A DNA stretch of 32,000 bases, taken from positions 1,740,001 to 1,772,000 of the forward strand of contig OY759724.1 of NCBI GenBank assembly GCA_963662715.1, written 5' to 3'. The position numbers were made by a program, and so were the translations under genes. Of the stretch, positions 1 to 9,283 are shown in pieces. The notes below the pieces were generated by a model, which worked only from the letters and a program-made list of their open reading frames with translations, was not told where the DNA came from and did not search any database. This stretch comes from Candidatus Omnitrophota bacterium. Its GTDB lineage: Bacteria; Omnitrophota; Gorgyraeia; Zapsychrales; JANLHA01. Every line of letters begins with the position of its first letter. Within the stretch, counting starts at the first letter, position 1.

Positions 1-1
1 A

Positions 2-310
2 GAGTATAAAGACATCATTTACAAATTTATACAGCAAGAAGATATTAAGCCGTTTTTCTTTGTCGGCGATGGGGACGTTTTTCAGGAATGGGAAGCGGTG
101 AACCCGTGGGGGCAGACGCGCCGGTTTGACCGGATGATTGTCCGGCCGGAGGATATCTGGATTGCCGATTTTAAAAGTGCGAGGGACAGCAAAGCGGATT
201 ATGCCCAGCAGATGCAGGAGTACATGCTGATGGCCCGGGAGATCTTCCCGAAGAAAGACATCCGGGGTTTTTTGCTGTATCTTGATACGGGCGAGGCGGA
301 GGAGGTGTGA
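2..310 (+). CDS. 3' end of a UvrD/AddA-like helicase-nuclease (C-terminal PD-(D/E)XK domain); 5' end lies outside the window
   Basis: Frame open from position 2 to the stop at 308-310. The tail FDRMIV...IWIADFKS resembles a RecB-type nuclease motif. It lies directly upstream of an AddB-like nuclease gene. Confidence 0.6.
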   Translation, partial: EYKDIIYKFIQQEDIKPFFFVGDGDVFQEWEAVNPWGQTRRFDRMIVRPEDIWIADFKSARDSKADYAQQMQEYMLMAREIFPKKDIRGFLLYLDTGEAEEV

Positions 311-397
311 CGTGTTCATAAAAAGACCGCGGGCCGAGACGGCCGGCGGACAGTGCTTCTTCCTGCGCAGCCAGCCTTTTAGCGTGAACAAATTGCC

Positions 398-3205
398 ATG
401 ATAGATGAAAAGCAAAAAAATGTTGTGACGTTTTCTTTCTGTGAGCCGTTTCTCGGTAACTTGACCCGGCTGATGGATGAGGAATATATAAGCCGGGGGA
501 AAGATCTTAGACGGCTGGCCATTGTTTTCGGAGGCAAGCGGCCGGAGTTATTTTTAAAGCGCCAGCTGGCGGAAAAAATCGGGCGTTCTTTTGCCCCGCC
601 CCGGTTTTTTACGATAGATCATTTCACCGCCTATATCATTCAAAAAGATCAGGTCATTCAGCGGGGAGCGGATCTTGATCAGTGTTATGAGCTTTACCAG
701 CTGGCCAAACGGCTGGCCCCGGATATCTTAAAAACGCGGGCCACCTTTGCGCAGTTCCTGCCCTGGAGCCGGGAGATTCTGCATTTTATCGAACAGCTGG
801 ACCTGGAGCTTATGGACAATCAGGAGTTAAGGCACGTGAAAGCCCATGCGGAGATCGGATACGATGTCCCGGACAGTATCAACCGTTTGCTGCAGAGCGT
901 TGCTCTCCTCCGGGAGGCGTATCATCGGGTGATGATGCAGAAAAGCCTTTATTCCCGCGGTTTTCAGTATTTTCAGGCCGCGGAACGGATTTCCCGGACA
1001 GCATTCCCGGAGTTCGATGAGATATGGTTCTGCAATGTGTTTTATTTTAACCGGGCCGAGGAAAAAATCATGAAAGACCTTTGCGGCCGCGGGCAAGCGC
1101 GCCTTGTTGTGCAGGGGGATGAACGGAAATGGCCGGTGTTTCAAAGAATGACCGGAGCTTTTGACTGCCCTGTGCGTGAAGGCGAAGTCCCCCCGACGCC
1201 GCAGTTTGACCTGAACCTTTACTGCGGTTTTGACCTGCATTCCCAGATCGGCCTTGTCCGGGATATCCTTAAGAAAATCGAACGGCCGGATCAGGCCGTC
1301 GTCGTGCTGCCGGAAGCAGACCATATGATCCCGTTGCTGTCAGAGATAGCTTTTCATTTGAAGGATTTTAATGTGTCTATGGGATATCCTCTTAAACGGA
1401 GTTCCCTGTACGCGCTGTTCCGGCAGGTGTTTCAGGCACAGCTTTCCCGGAAGGACGCGCGGTATTACACCAGAGACTACCTTAAGGTCCTCAAGCACCC
1501 GCTGGTGAAGAATTTAAGGCTATCCGGCCCGCCGGCCGTAAGCCGGGTGCTGGTTCATAAAATCGAGGAGATCCTCACCGGACAGCAGGAAACGCCTCTG
1601 TCCGGAATGCTGTTTATTTCCCTTGAGGCATTGTCGTCCTGTGACGAGCTGTTTCAGCTGACCCGGACCACTCTGCAGGGGATGGGAATGGAAACGACGA
1701 GAGAAGACCTGAAGGGCCTGCTTAAGTCTATTCATGAACATATGTTTGCTTTGTGGGAAACAGCCGGCAGCTTCCGCAGTTTTGCTTCTGTGCTGGAGAC
1801 CTTTCTGGATTTGCTTGTACAGTCAAGCGCCCTGACCCATTATCCGCTGAACCTGAAAATTACCGATAAGATGTTTGATATCAAGGATGAAATTATGCAG
1901 GCGGTGTTCTGCGAAGATCCTTTCGCGGCGGAAGACATTTTTAGAATATTCTCCGACAAGATCGAGCGGTCCATCGTTGCTTTTTCCGGCTCGCCGTTAA
2001 AAGGACTGCAGATATTAGGGCTGTTCGAGACCCGGGCGCTTAATTTTAAGCAGGTGATCGTCATGGATGTCAACGAAGGCGTTCTGCCGCACGTGAATCT
2101 TTATGAACCGCTTATTCCCCGGGAAGTGATGATCAGCCTGAACCTCGACCGGCTTGAACAGGAAGAGGAGATCCAGCGTTATCAGTTTATGCGGCTGATT
2201 TCCTCGGCCGAGACCGTACATTTGGTTTATCAGGAAAGCCGGGACAGGGAGCGCAGCCGGTTTGTGGAAGAACTTATCTGGGAAGAAGAAAAGCGCACCC
2301 GGAAACGGGACAGCGTGCCTATCCTGCGGCCGAGTTTCAAGGTGGAGGCTTTTGCGGACCAGGAAGAGGTCGTTAAAACCCCGGAGATGATAGCGCTTCT
2401 GCGGAGTTTGTCGTATTCGGCCTCCAGCATCAACACCTATCTGCGCAATCCCATGGATTTTTATTTTAATTATGTCCTGGGCCTGCGGGAAAAGGAAGAC
2501 CTGCTGGATGAGCCGGAAAACCGTCAGGTCGGAACTTTTGTGCATGCCCTGCTGGAGAAGACTTTTAAAAAATTTATCGGCCAACAACCGAAACTTGACC
2601 AGCATTTTCAGCGGTATTTTCAGAACGTGTTCGAAGAAATTTTCGAATCCACCTTTGCCCGGTCCATGAAGGCGGACGCGTTTCTGCTGAAAACGGTGCT
2701 GGAAACGCGTCTGGGATTATTCCTGCAGAACGAGCAGGAAAACCCGGACCGCCGGGTTAAGGAAATCCTCTTTATTGAGAAACGGTTCGCGGACCAGCTG
2801 GCGTTACCCTGCGGGTCTTTTCCGTTTGTCTGCCGGGTCGACCGGGTCGACCGCCTGGAGGACGGGCGGGTGATGATTCTGGATTATAAGACAGGAAGCG
2901 CCGACCCGATGCCGAAAGGGGTTGATGTCATCGAGCGCATGAGTTTGTCGCGGCAGACAATCCTGGAAAACGTGCGCTCTTTTCAGCTGCCCCTGTATTT
3001 TTATTATCTGCAAAAATATTTCCCGGAAGATTCCCTGAATGCCGCGTTCTATAATCTCCGGACGCTTGACCTGGCTTACTTTATCCGCCGTAACGACACG
3101 GATGATTATGAACGGATTAACCGGGTTTTCCTCAACGCCCTGGATTATATTATGGCGGAAATTTTAAACCCGGATATCCCTTTTGTGAACGACCCGTTAT
3201 CTTGA
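398..3205 (+). CDS. PD-(D/E)XK nuclease family protein, AddB/RexB-like partner subunit
   Basis: 935-aa ORF with C-terminal VDRVDRLEDGRVMILDYKTG, a RecB-family nuclease motif. GC-rich like the other flank genes. Confidence 0.75.
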   Translation: MIDEKQKNVVTFSFCEPFLGNLTRLMDEEYISRGKDLRRLAIVFGGKRPELFLKRQLAEKIGRSFAPPRFFTIDHFTAYIIQKDQVIQRGADLDQCYELYQLAKRLAPDILKTRATFAQFLPWSREILHFIEQLDLELMDNQELRHVKAHAEIGYDVPDSINRLLQSVALLREAYHRVMMQKSLYSRGFQYFQAAERISRTAFPEFDEIWFCNVFYFNRAEEKIMKDLCGRGQARLVVQGDERKWPVFQRMTGAFDCPVREGEVPPTPQFDLNLYCGFDLHSQIGLVRDILKKIERPDQAVVVLPEADHMIPLLSEIAFHLKDFNVSMGYPLKRSSLYALFRQVFQAQLSRKDARYYTRDYLKVLKHPLVKNLRLSGPPAVSRVLVHKIEEILTGQQETPLSGMLFISLEALSSCDELFQLTRTTLQGMGMETTREDLKGLLKSIHEHMFALWETAGSFRSFASVLETFLDLLVQSSALTHYPLNLKITDKMFDIKDEIMQAVFCEDPFAAEDIFRIFSDKIERSIVAFSGSPLKGLQILGLFETRALNFKQVIVMDVNEGVLPHVNLYEPLIPREVMISLNLDRLEQEEEIQRYQFMRLISSAETVHLVYQESRDRERSRFVEELIWEEEKRTRKRDSVPILRPSFKVEAFADQEEVVKTPEMIALLRSLSYSASSINTYLRNPMDFYFNYVLGLREKEDLLDEPENRQVGTFVHALLEKTFKKFIGQQPKLDQHFQRYFQNVFEEIFESTFARSMKADAFLLKTVLETRLGLFLQNEQENPDRRVKEILFIEKRFADQLALPCGSFPFVCRVDRVDRLEDGRVMILDYKTGSADPMPKGVDVIERMSLSRQTILENVRSFQLPLYFYYLQKYFPEDSLNAAFYNLRTLDLAYFIRRNDTDDYERINRVFLNALDYIMAEILNPDIPFVNDPLS

Positions 3206-3373
3206 GTTCAATACAGGCCGCCGTTGACTTTATGGCATCAAGTACGTGTTTAAACAACCCCGGCAACGCTCCGCTATCCTGTTTGATGGCGCGGGGCGGC
3301 CGCGGAACTGCGCGCGTGATTTGCTGCCACAAGGACACGGCTCCATTAAAAGTTTTTTTATAAAAGCCTATCC

Positions 3374-5176
3374 ATGTCTGTGAAAGAAAAGACGACTCTG
3401 TTTTTGATTTTTGCCCTGGCCTTGGGTCTGCGGCTGGGATATACAGTCTTTTTAAGACAGCATTATCCTTTTTATAATAACCCCAGTTCCGATGTGTATT
3501 ATTATCAGCAATGGGCTGACAGCATCGCCCGGGGGGACTGGTCCGCCGTGACACGGCTGCAGGGCCTGCCGCTGTATCCGTTAACCTTAGCCCTTCTGAA
3601 ACGTTTGACCCTGAATCACGCGGGCCTGATCCGTTTTCTGCATCTTCTGCTGGGCTCTTTAAATTGTGTTCTGGTTTATTTTATAGGCAGGGCCTTATTC
3701 ACGAAAAGGGTGGCCGGGCTGGCCGCCGGGCTTACGGCTGTCAACCTTCCTCTGATATATTATGACTGGCTGATGATGCCGGTGCCGTTCATTATAGCCC
3801 TTTCCCTGCTCCTTGTTCTTGCGCTGGTGCAGGAGGAAAAAATATCCCGGAAACGGGAATGGTTTATGGTAGGGCTGCTGGCCGGCTGGCTCGTCTTGGG
3901 GGACGGGAAGGTCTTTTTGTTCTTGATATTGCTGTGTCTGTCTGTCCTGTGCGGCCGTTCGTGGGCTAAAAAGAAAGAACAGCTTCTGCGGCTGGGGCCG
4001 GTGTTTTTGGGTGTCGCGGTGATCCTCGGGGCGCTGACCTTGTATTATAAACGTACAAGCGGGGAATGGGTTTTCATCTCCTCCAAAAGCGGGTTCAGTT
4101 TTTACGCAGGAAATCATCAGCAGGCGCAGGGATATTACGTGCATCCGCTTTCGCTGCGGGCCAGCCACCATGCCCAGGATGAAGACCAGAAAAGGATCGC
4201 CGAACAAAATATGAAGCGGCCGCTTAAGCAGACGGAAGTTTCGCAATACTGGACACGTTTGGCTTTTAAGTATATCCAGGAGAACCCGCTGGATTATCTT
4301 GTCCTGTTAGGAAAGAAATGCCGGTTGTTTTTCACGGACACGGAAAAGGCGCATGACCTGGATTTGCTTATGCAGAAACAATGGGTGCGGCGCTGGGATA
4401 TCAATCCTTTCGCGGTCTTGTTTCCCCTGGCTTTGTGGGGGATGTTTCTGGCTCTGCGTTCCCGGGAAAGAACTCTACCGCTTGTATTACTGGTTGTCAG
4501 CCAGTGGCTTTTTACCTTAATATATTATCTTACCAGCCGCCACCGTGTCAGTATTTACCCGGCGCTGTTTTTGTTCCAGGCGTTCGCGCTGGACTGTTTT
4601 GTCCGGGACATTTATAGAAGACAGTATAAGAACCTCACCGTACCTGCCGGTTTCTTTCTCCTGTATCTCTTTTTATTCCCTCCGCAGAAAGAAGATCCCC
4701 GTTACCTGGATTACCTTTATTCGCTTAAGATGGGCCAGAAGCATGAGCTGCTTAAAGAATACCCGGAAGCCCGGCAATTTTATTCGCGGGCAGTACGCCT
4801 TCATCCGCAGAATGCCGATGCGTGGTTCAGCCTGGGCAATGTGTGTTTACTGGACCGGCAATATGCCCAGGCGCAACGGTATTATTGGCGAGCGCTGAAA
4901 ATAAATGCTTTGCATACGGATGCGCTTTATAACCTTGGATTTGCCTATGAGAAGGATGCAAAACCTGAGAAGGCCAGGCAATGCTACGCCGTTATCCTGC
5001 AGACGGACCCGGAAAGCGTGGATGTTCATTACCGGATAGCGCAGGTGCTTCAACAGCAAGGGCAGTGTGCAGCAGCGCTCCGGCATATGAAAATTGTGGT
5101 CCGGGCCAGGCCCGACATGCGGCCGGAGTTCACGGAAATGCTGCAGAATTGCAATGGGATAGGAGGGGAGGAATAG
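3374..5176 (+). CDS. polytopic membrane glycosyltransferase (GT39 / ArnT-PMT-like) with C-terminal TPR repeats
   Basis: 600-aa ORF. The N-terminal two thirds have many hydrophobic helices and an early DVYYYQQWA motif. The C-terminal ~150 aa are tandem TPR-like repeats (AWFSLGNV..., ALYNLGFAY...). Confidence 0.75.
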   Translation: MSVKEKTTLFLIFALALGLRLGYTVFLRQHYPFYNNPSSDVYYYQQWADSIARGDWSAVTRLQGLPLYPLTLALLKRLTLNHAGLIRFLHLLLGSLNCVLVYFIGRALFTKRVAGLAAGLTAVNLPLIYYDWLMMPVPFIIALSLLLVLALVQEEKISRKREWFMVGLLAGWLVLGDGKVFLFLILLCLSVLCGRSWAKKKEQLLRLGPVFLGVAVILGALTLYYKRTSGEWVFISSKSGFSFYAGNHQQAQGYYVHPLSLRASHHAQDEDQKRIAEQNMKRPLKQTEVSQYWTRLAFKYIQENPLDYLVLLGKKCRLFFTDTEKAHDLDLLMQKQWVRRWDINPFAVLFPLALWGMFLALRSRERTLPLVLLVVSQWLFTLIYYLTSRHRVSIYPALFLFQAFALDCFVRDIYRRQYKNLTVPAGFFLLYLFLFPPQKEDPRYLDYLYSLKMGQKHELLKEYPEARQFYSRAVRLHPQNADAWFSLGNVCLLDRQYAQAQRYYWRALKINALHTDALYNLGFAYEKDAKPEKARQCYAVILQTDPESVDVHYRIAQVLQQQGQCAAALRHMKIVVRARPDMRPEFTEMLQNCNGIGGEE

Positions 5177-5178
5177 GA

Positions 5179-5214
5179 GTGTTAAGGGTATTAAGAGTAT
5201 TAAGGGTATTAAGG
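5179..5214. repeat. 9-bp tandem repeat, 4 units (GTGTTAAGG GTATTAAGA GTATTAAGG GTATTAAGG)
   Basis: Read directly, immediately after the stop codon of the TPR gene. Confidence 0.85.
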
Positions 5215-5248
5215 GGAGCCTGGATACTTTCCTGATTTATACCCCGAT

Positions 5249-5296
5249 ATTATACGACCTGCCATTTAACGGATAATAAAGGGGAAATGCGACTTT
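5249..5296 (+). repeat. copy 1 of a ~48-bp direct repeat (TTATACGAC..TTAAC..ATAA..GGGGAAATGCGACTTT)
   Basis: About 80 percent identical to 5568-5614. The core ATGCGACTT also recurs at 5406-5414. Confidence 0.7.
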
Positions 5297-5480
5297 CTTA
5301 GATGGAAATTGGGTATTATTCTGAAAAATTTAATATTTTTAGTCAAAGATGGCATGACTCATTAAGTATTTTTCAGATCATTGGGTATACCCTAATAAAT
5401 AATTCATGCGACTTATTACTTTTTTTGGGAAATAGATAAGAAAATGTCGAAAAATGTCAGTCTTTGGCCCAATCCAGCCA

Positions 5481-5509
5481 TTGACAAAGAGGAGGATAAG
5501 GGCTAATAA
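5481..5509 (+). promoter_or_regulatory. candidate sigma70 promoter facing the cassette array
   Basis: TTGACA (5481-5486), a 17-nt spacer, then TAATAA (5504-5509). Sequence match only. Confidence 0.25.
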
Positions 5510-5567
5510 TAAATAATATTCAGCTTTTAAATTAGCAGAAAATGCTTTTTTAGCAAAATTCTAATGT

Positions 5568-5614
5568 TATACGACGTCCCAATTAACAGTATAAATAGGG
5601 GCAAATGCGACTTT
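5568..5614 (+). repeat. copy 2 of the ~48-bp direct repeat
   Basis: TTATACGACGTCCCAATTAACAGTATAAATAGGGGCAAATGCGACTTT aligns with 5249-5296. Confidence 0.7.
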
Positions 5615-5748
5615 GTTCCAGTAAAGCTGGCGCGAAAACAAGCATTTTTCAAATAAAATAAGGTATAATGAAAAAAACACACCAAGGAAAGAGAACGAAA
5701 TCCCCACTCCTCGGTCACGACGTAGAATAATTGTTATGAGGTAAGAAG

Positions 5749-6060
5749 ATGAAATACAGAATAGATTTTACAGGAATACCGTGGGAAGAACCAATTAAAG
5801 GCCTAAGGTTCAAAGCTACTGTTCAGGATGGGACAAGGATCCGCCTTGCTGAATTTTCAAAAGATTTTATAGAGGCAGAGTGGTGCCTGAAAGGGCATAC
5901 AGGATATCTGCTGGAAGGAAGTGTGGAAATTGATTTTAATGGAGAAAAAATTATTTTTAATCAAGGAGATGGTATTTATATCCCTCCTGGAGAACAATCT
6001 AAACATAAAACGAAGGTTCTTTCGGACAAAGCTGTCGCAATATTGATAGAAAAAATATAA
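5749..6060 (+). CDS. cupin-fold small protein (cassette 1)
   Basis: 103 aa. GHTGYLLEGSVEIDFNGEKIIFNQGDGIYIPPGEQSKH resembles cupin_2 beta-barrel motifs. Followed by an attC. Confidence 0.6.
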   Translation: MKYRIDFTGIPWEEPIKGLRFKATVQDGTRIRLAEFSKDFIEAEWCLKGHTGYLLEGSVEIDFNGEKIIFNQGDGIYIPPGEQSKHKTKVLSDKAVAILIEKI

Positions 6061-6068
6061 ATAGACTC

Positions 6069-6143
6069 ATAACAAGTCACTTCATCGTCCCCGCCTCGCC
6101 ACTGTTGCGGCTACGGCAGGGGACGATGAGTTCCTTGCGTTAG
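6069..6143 (+). repeat. attC site
   Basis: ATAACAAGTCACTTCATCGTCCCC ... GGGGACGATGAGTTCCTTGCGTTAG, an imperfect inverted repeat. Confidence 0.85.
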
Positions 6144-6155
6144 CTCTCAAAATAG

Positions 6156-6635
6156 ATGAGAAAATATCAACTTCCAAAATTTTTAGAACGAATGGTTGAT
6201 CAAAAAGACTATGAAAAATGGTTACGCAGAAAAGCTGTAGCCCATGTTCGCCGCGATAGAAACCGAGGATATAAATTAGCTACGAATGAAATATACAAGA
6301 TTGCTATTCACAAAGCAGTATGTGAATCTGAAGGAAAAGATGCATACACAGAAGAAAGATTAGATTGGTCATTAATTAGTAAATATGATAACGAACAATC
6401 AAAAAAATATGGTAGGAAATACAAAAAACAATTTGCTTTATTGCCTTCTGTTGATCATGTGGGAGATGGAAAAGGAACAGCAAATTTCAAGATTTGTTCA
6501 TGGCGTACCAATGATTCCAAGAACGATCTGTCTTACGTTGAGTTTTTAGGATTATGTAAAAAGGTTATAGCAGCAGCTAACAAGTCACTCCAGCGGGGCC
6601 TTTCGGCACCTTCGGCAGCCTCAAGACCCCGCTGA
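6156..6635 (+). CDS. hypothetical protein with possible HNH-like C-terminal motif (cassette 2)
   Basis: 159 aa with VDHVGDG...FKICSWRTNDSKND (D-H...N...N spacing). The last ~18 codons run into the attC. Confidence 0.5.
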   Translation: MRKYQLPKFLERMVDQKDYEKWLRRKAVAHVRRDRNRGYKLATNEIYKIAIHKAVCESEGKDAYTEERLDWSLISKYDNEQSKKYGRKYKKQFALLPSVDHVGDGKGTANFKICSWRTNDSKNDLSYVEFLGLCKKVIAAANKSLQRGLSAPSAASRPR

Positions 6636-6651
6636 GTTCCTTGCGTTCGCC
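6577..6651 (+). repeat. attC site
   Basis: CTAACAAGTCACTCCAGCGGGGCC ... GACCCCGCTGAGTTCCTTGCGTTCGC. Confidence 0.85.
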
Positions 6652-6684
6652 AGTAGAAGATCGAAACAACCATAAGGAGGAAAC

Positions 6685-7707
6685 ATGTTCGGTATACGCT
6701 TCATCAAGGTTGAACCTACGGAATTCGTACTCCAGTTCAAGCGGGGCAAGGTCGTGCGCGAGGGGGCGGGCATCTCTTTCTTCTACTTCGCGCCCACGAC
6801 GTCGCTTGTCCGCATCCCAATCGGCAGCGTGGACGTACCGTTCATCTTCGAGGAAGTCACCGCCGACTTTCAGGAGGTGACGGTTCAGGGGCAATTGACC
6901 TACCGAGTCGCAGAGGCGAAGAAGCTATCCCAGCTCATGAACTTCACGCTGGCGCCGAACGGGCGGGAGTATGCGTCCGACGATCCTAAGAAACTTCCCC
7001 AGCGGCTCATCAATCACGCTCAGGTTCTGACTCGCGCATCTCTGAAATCCCTGCGCCTTAAGGAGGCGTTGGGCCAATCGGACGCGCTTGTGGCCTCGCT
7101 ACGCGAGGGACTCCAGTCTGCGGAAGCGATCGCTTCACTCGGCATTGAAATCCTAGGACTCTCCATCTTGGCCATCAAACCGACGCCCGAGACTTCCCGC
7201 GCACTGGAAGCAGAGGCACGTGAGCAGGTTCTTCGTGAGGCCGACGAAGCCGTATATTCGCGCCGCAACGCTGCGGTCGAGCAGGAACGGGGTATCAAGG
7301 AAAACGAACTCAACACCGAGATTGCCGTCGAAAACAAGAAGCGGCAGATCAAGGAAGCCCAGATGGATGCCGAGAAATCCGTCCAGCAGAAGAAGCGAGA
7401 GATCAGAGAAGCGGAGATGGCTGCCAAGATTGCGATAGAGGAGAAGAACAAGGATCTTGTGGCTCTCTCCACGGCCAATGCCCGCGAGGAAGCAGACGCG
7501 AAGGCATACGCCATCGCTGCGGTGATGAAGGCATTATCGGAGACCGATCCGAAGACCCTACAGGCTCTCACAAGCGTGGGCATGGAGCCGGGACAACTGG
7601 TCGCACTGGCCTTCAAGGAACTTGCGGAAAGCGCTGACAAGATCGGCCAACTGAACGTGTCGCCGGAGTTGCTCCGCGAACTCCTCCATCGAGATTCTAT
7701 CAAGTGA
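6685..7707 (+). CDS. SPFH / band-7 (flotillin-like) domain protein, no obvious TM segment (cassette 3, gene 1)
   Basis: 340 aa with an N-terminal SPFH-like core and a long charged E/A/K-rich coiled-coil region. RBS AAGGAGG lies upstream. Clearly GC-richer than neighbouring cassettes. Confidence 0.75.
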   Translation: MFGIRFIKVEPTEFVLQFKRGKVVREGAGISFFYFAPTTSLVRIPIGSVDVPFIFEEVTADFQEVTVQGQLTYRVAEAKKLSQLMNFTLAPNGREYASDDPKKLPQRLINHAQVLTRASLKSLRLKEALGQSDALVASLREGLQSAEAIASLGIEILGLSILAIKPTPETSRALEAEAREQVLREADEAVYSRRNAAVEQERGIKENELNTEIAVENKKRQIKEAQMDAEKSVQQKKREIREAEMAAKIAIEEKNKDLVALSTANAREEADAKAYAIAAVMKALSETDPKTLQALTSVGMEPGQLVALAFKELAESADKIGQLNVSPELLRELLHRDSIK

Positions 7708-8645
7708 CAGAAAGACGGACAGAGAACAAGATTGTGATTGTCGTCAGGCGAACGCGCCTCGACGACCTGATCGCTCGGTTCAACACCGAGGACCAAGCAC
7801 GGTTCTATGTTGAGCATTTAGGATCAGACTTCTCCGACTATCAGGCAGAACATCGGGTGTACAAGCAGGTTGTTCGTGATGCCGAGAACACCCTTTCCCG
7901 TCATGGGCGAGTGCAAGTTATCGACCGAGCATTTGTTCCGAATTTTATTTTCGGATCAAAGGACACAGTCGTTGCCATCGGTCAGGATGGTCTGGTTGCA
8001 AATGTTCTCAAGTATCTCGACGGGCAGCTACTCCTTGGTGTCAATCCCGATGTCAAGAGATGGGAAGGCGTTCTGTTGCCCTTCACGGTGGCTGACCTGG
8101 ACTCGGTCATGCCGGAGGTCTTTGCGCGCAAACGACCCGTAGCCGAGGTGACGATGGCGGAAGTTAGGCTCAACACAGGCGAGACTCTGTGTGCGGTCAA
8201 TGACCTTTTCATCGGTCCACGCACGCACACTTCAGCGCGTTACTTGATTCGAGTCGGGGAGAAGATGGAGAACCATTCGTCAAGTGGGATCATCGTGTCG
8301 ACGGGTCTCGGATCAACCGGCTGGTTGCGAAGCATCATGGCTGGAGCGACAGGAGTTACCTCTGTTCTGTCGGGCAGACCACTGAAAATCAACGAGAGAA
8401 GGGCCGTTGCGTGGGATGCCAACTATCTCTACTTCTCGGTGCGGGAGCCATGGCCGAGCAAGACTTCTGGAGCGGAGATTACCTTCGGCAAGGTAACCTC
8501 CACCACGCCGCTCATTCTTGTCTCACAGATGCCGGAGAACGGCGTTATCTTCAGCGACGGGATTGAGACAGATTTCTTGCAGTTCAACTCAGGCACGGAA
8601 GCCACTATCACAATGGCCGAAAGGAAAGGGCATCTTGTAACGTGA
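7704..8645 (+). CDS. NAD kinase / diacylglycerol-kinase-fold protein with atypical GQDG motif (cassette 3, gene 2)
   Basis: 313 aa. AIGQDGLV sits in place of GGDGT, with NDLFIG and SSGIIVSTGLGSTGW matching NadK-type motifs. The GTG start overlaps the upstream stop (GTGA). Confidence 0.65.
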   Translation: MTERRTENKIVIVVRRTRLDDLIARFNTEDQARFYVEHLGSDFSDYQAEHRVYKQVVRDAENTLSRHGRVQVIDRAFVPNFIFGSKDTVVAIGQDGLVANVLKYLDGQLLLGVNPDVKRWEGVLLPFTVADLDSVMPEVFARKRPVAEVTMAEVRLNTGETLCAVNDLFIGPRTHTSARYLIRVGEKMENHSSSGIIVSTGLGSTGWLRSIMAGATGVTSVLSGRPLKINERRAVAWDANYLYFSVREPWPSKTSGAEITFGKVTSTTPLILVSQMPENGVIFSDGIETDFLQFNSGTEATITMAERKGHLVT

Positions 8646-8658
8646 GAAGATGGAGCAT

Positions 8659-8737
8659 GGCGAACAACAGCTTGGACCACTACGTTTCACACCGCGCGGA
8701 CGCAGCGTGAAACGAGGGTCAAGCTGGACGTTATGTC
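8659..8737 (+). repeat. attC site (divergent sequence family)
   Basis: GCGAACAACAGCTTGGACC ... GGTCAAGCTGGACGTTATG. The arms pair and it closes the GC-rich two-gene cassette. Confidence 0.7.
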
Positions 8738-8752
8738 TTAAAGGAAGAATAA

Positions 8753-9268
8753 ATGTCGAGATCAAAGTCTGATATAGCTAACAGTGCAATAAGAATATTT
8801 TTGCAAGATGTTGGTAGATTTTATGACCAAGCCAGGGGTTTTGACCCCTTTATTCCAAAGAAAAATCAAAAAGAAGAACTATTGTCTTATTTTGAAAGTC
8901 AATGTTGCTTTTGCGGCTCTGAAATTAATCAGAAGTCTTTCTCACTGGATCATTTAATACCCTTGAATAAAGCTTCTTTAGGTCTTCATGCTTGGGGAAA
9001 CGTGGTCCCTTGTTGTAGGGACTGCAATAATGAAAAGCAACAAAAACCTTGGCAAAATTTTATGAAATTAAAGTGTAGGGGCTCAGAATATAAGAAAAGA
9101 AGATCTCGAATTGAAAATTTTATAAAAATAAAAAAATATGATCCAAACCTTAATTTACATGAATATGCAGATAATTTATATGAAGATGTTGGTGAGGTAG
9201 CTACAACACTTATTAAACTTCGGTATAAACAAGCGGAAGACGGCATTAAAAACTTATTAGGAAAATAA
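8753..9268 (+). CDS. HNH endonuclease (cassette 4)
   Basis: 171 aa with CCFCG...DHLIPL...HAWGNVVPCCRDCNNEK, an HNH motif with a CxxC zinc knuckle pair. Confidence 0.8.
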   Translation: MSRSKSDIANSAIRIFLQDVGRFYDQARGFDPFIPKKNQKEELLSYFESQCCFCGSEINQKSFSLDHLIPLNKASLGLHAWGNVVPCCRDCNNEKQQKPWQNFMKLKCRGSEYKKRRSRIENFIKIKKYDPNLNLHEYADNLYEDVGEVATTLIKLRYKQAEDGIKNLLGK

Positions 9269-9283
9269 ATACATAACAACTCA

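Noticed and set aside
827-2605. Several 70-196-aa antisense ORFs inside the AddB-like gene, with similar shadows inside 3374-5176, 6685-8645 and the IS elements
   Set aside because: They are shadow ORFs on the opposite strand of long motif-supported genes in GC-rich sequence.
4981-5235. 84-aa ORF running through the 9-bp tandem repeat (VLRVLRVLRVLRG)
   Set aside because: It is out of frame within the TPR gene, and its tail is simply the translated tandem repeat.
5527-5718. 63-aa minus-strand ORF in the array leader, considered as a remnant of an integron integrase
   Set aside because: It is low-complexity and AT-rich-derived, with no tyrosine-recombinase motifs, and far too short.
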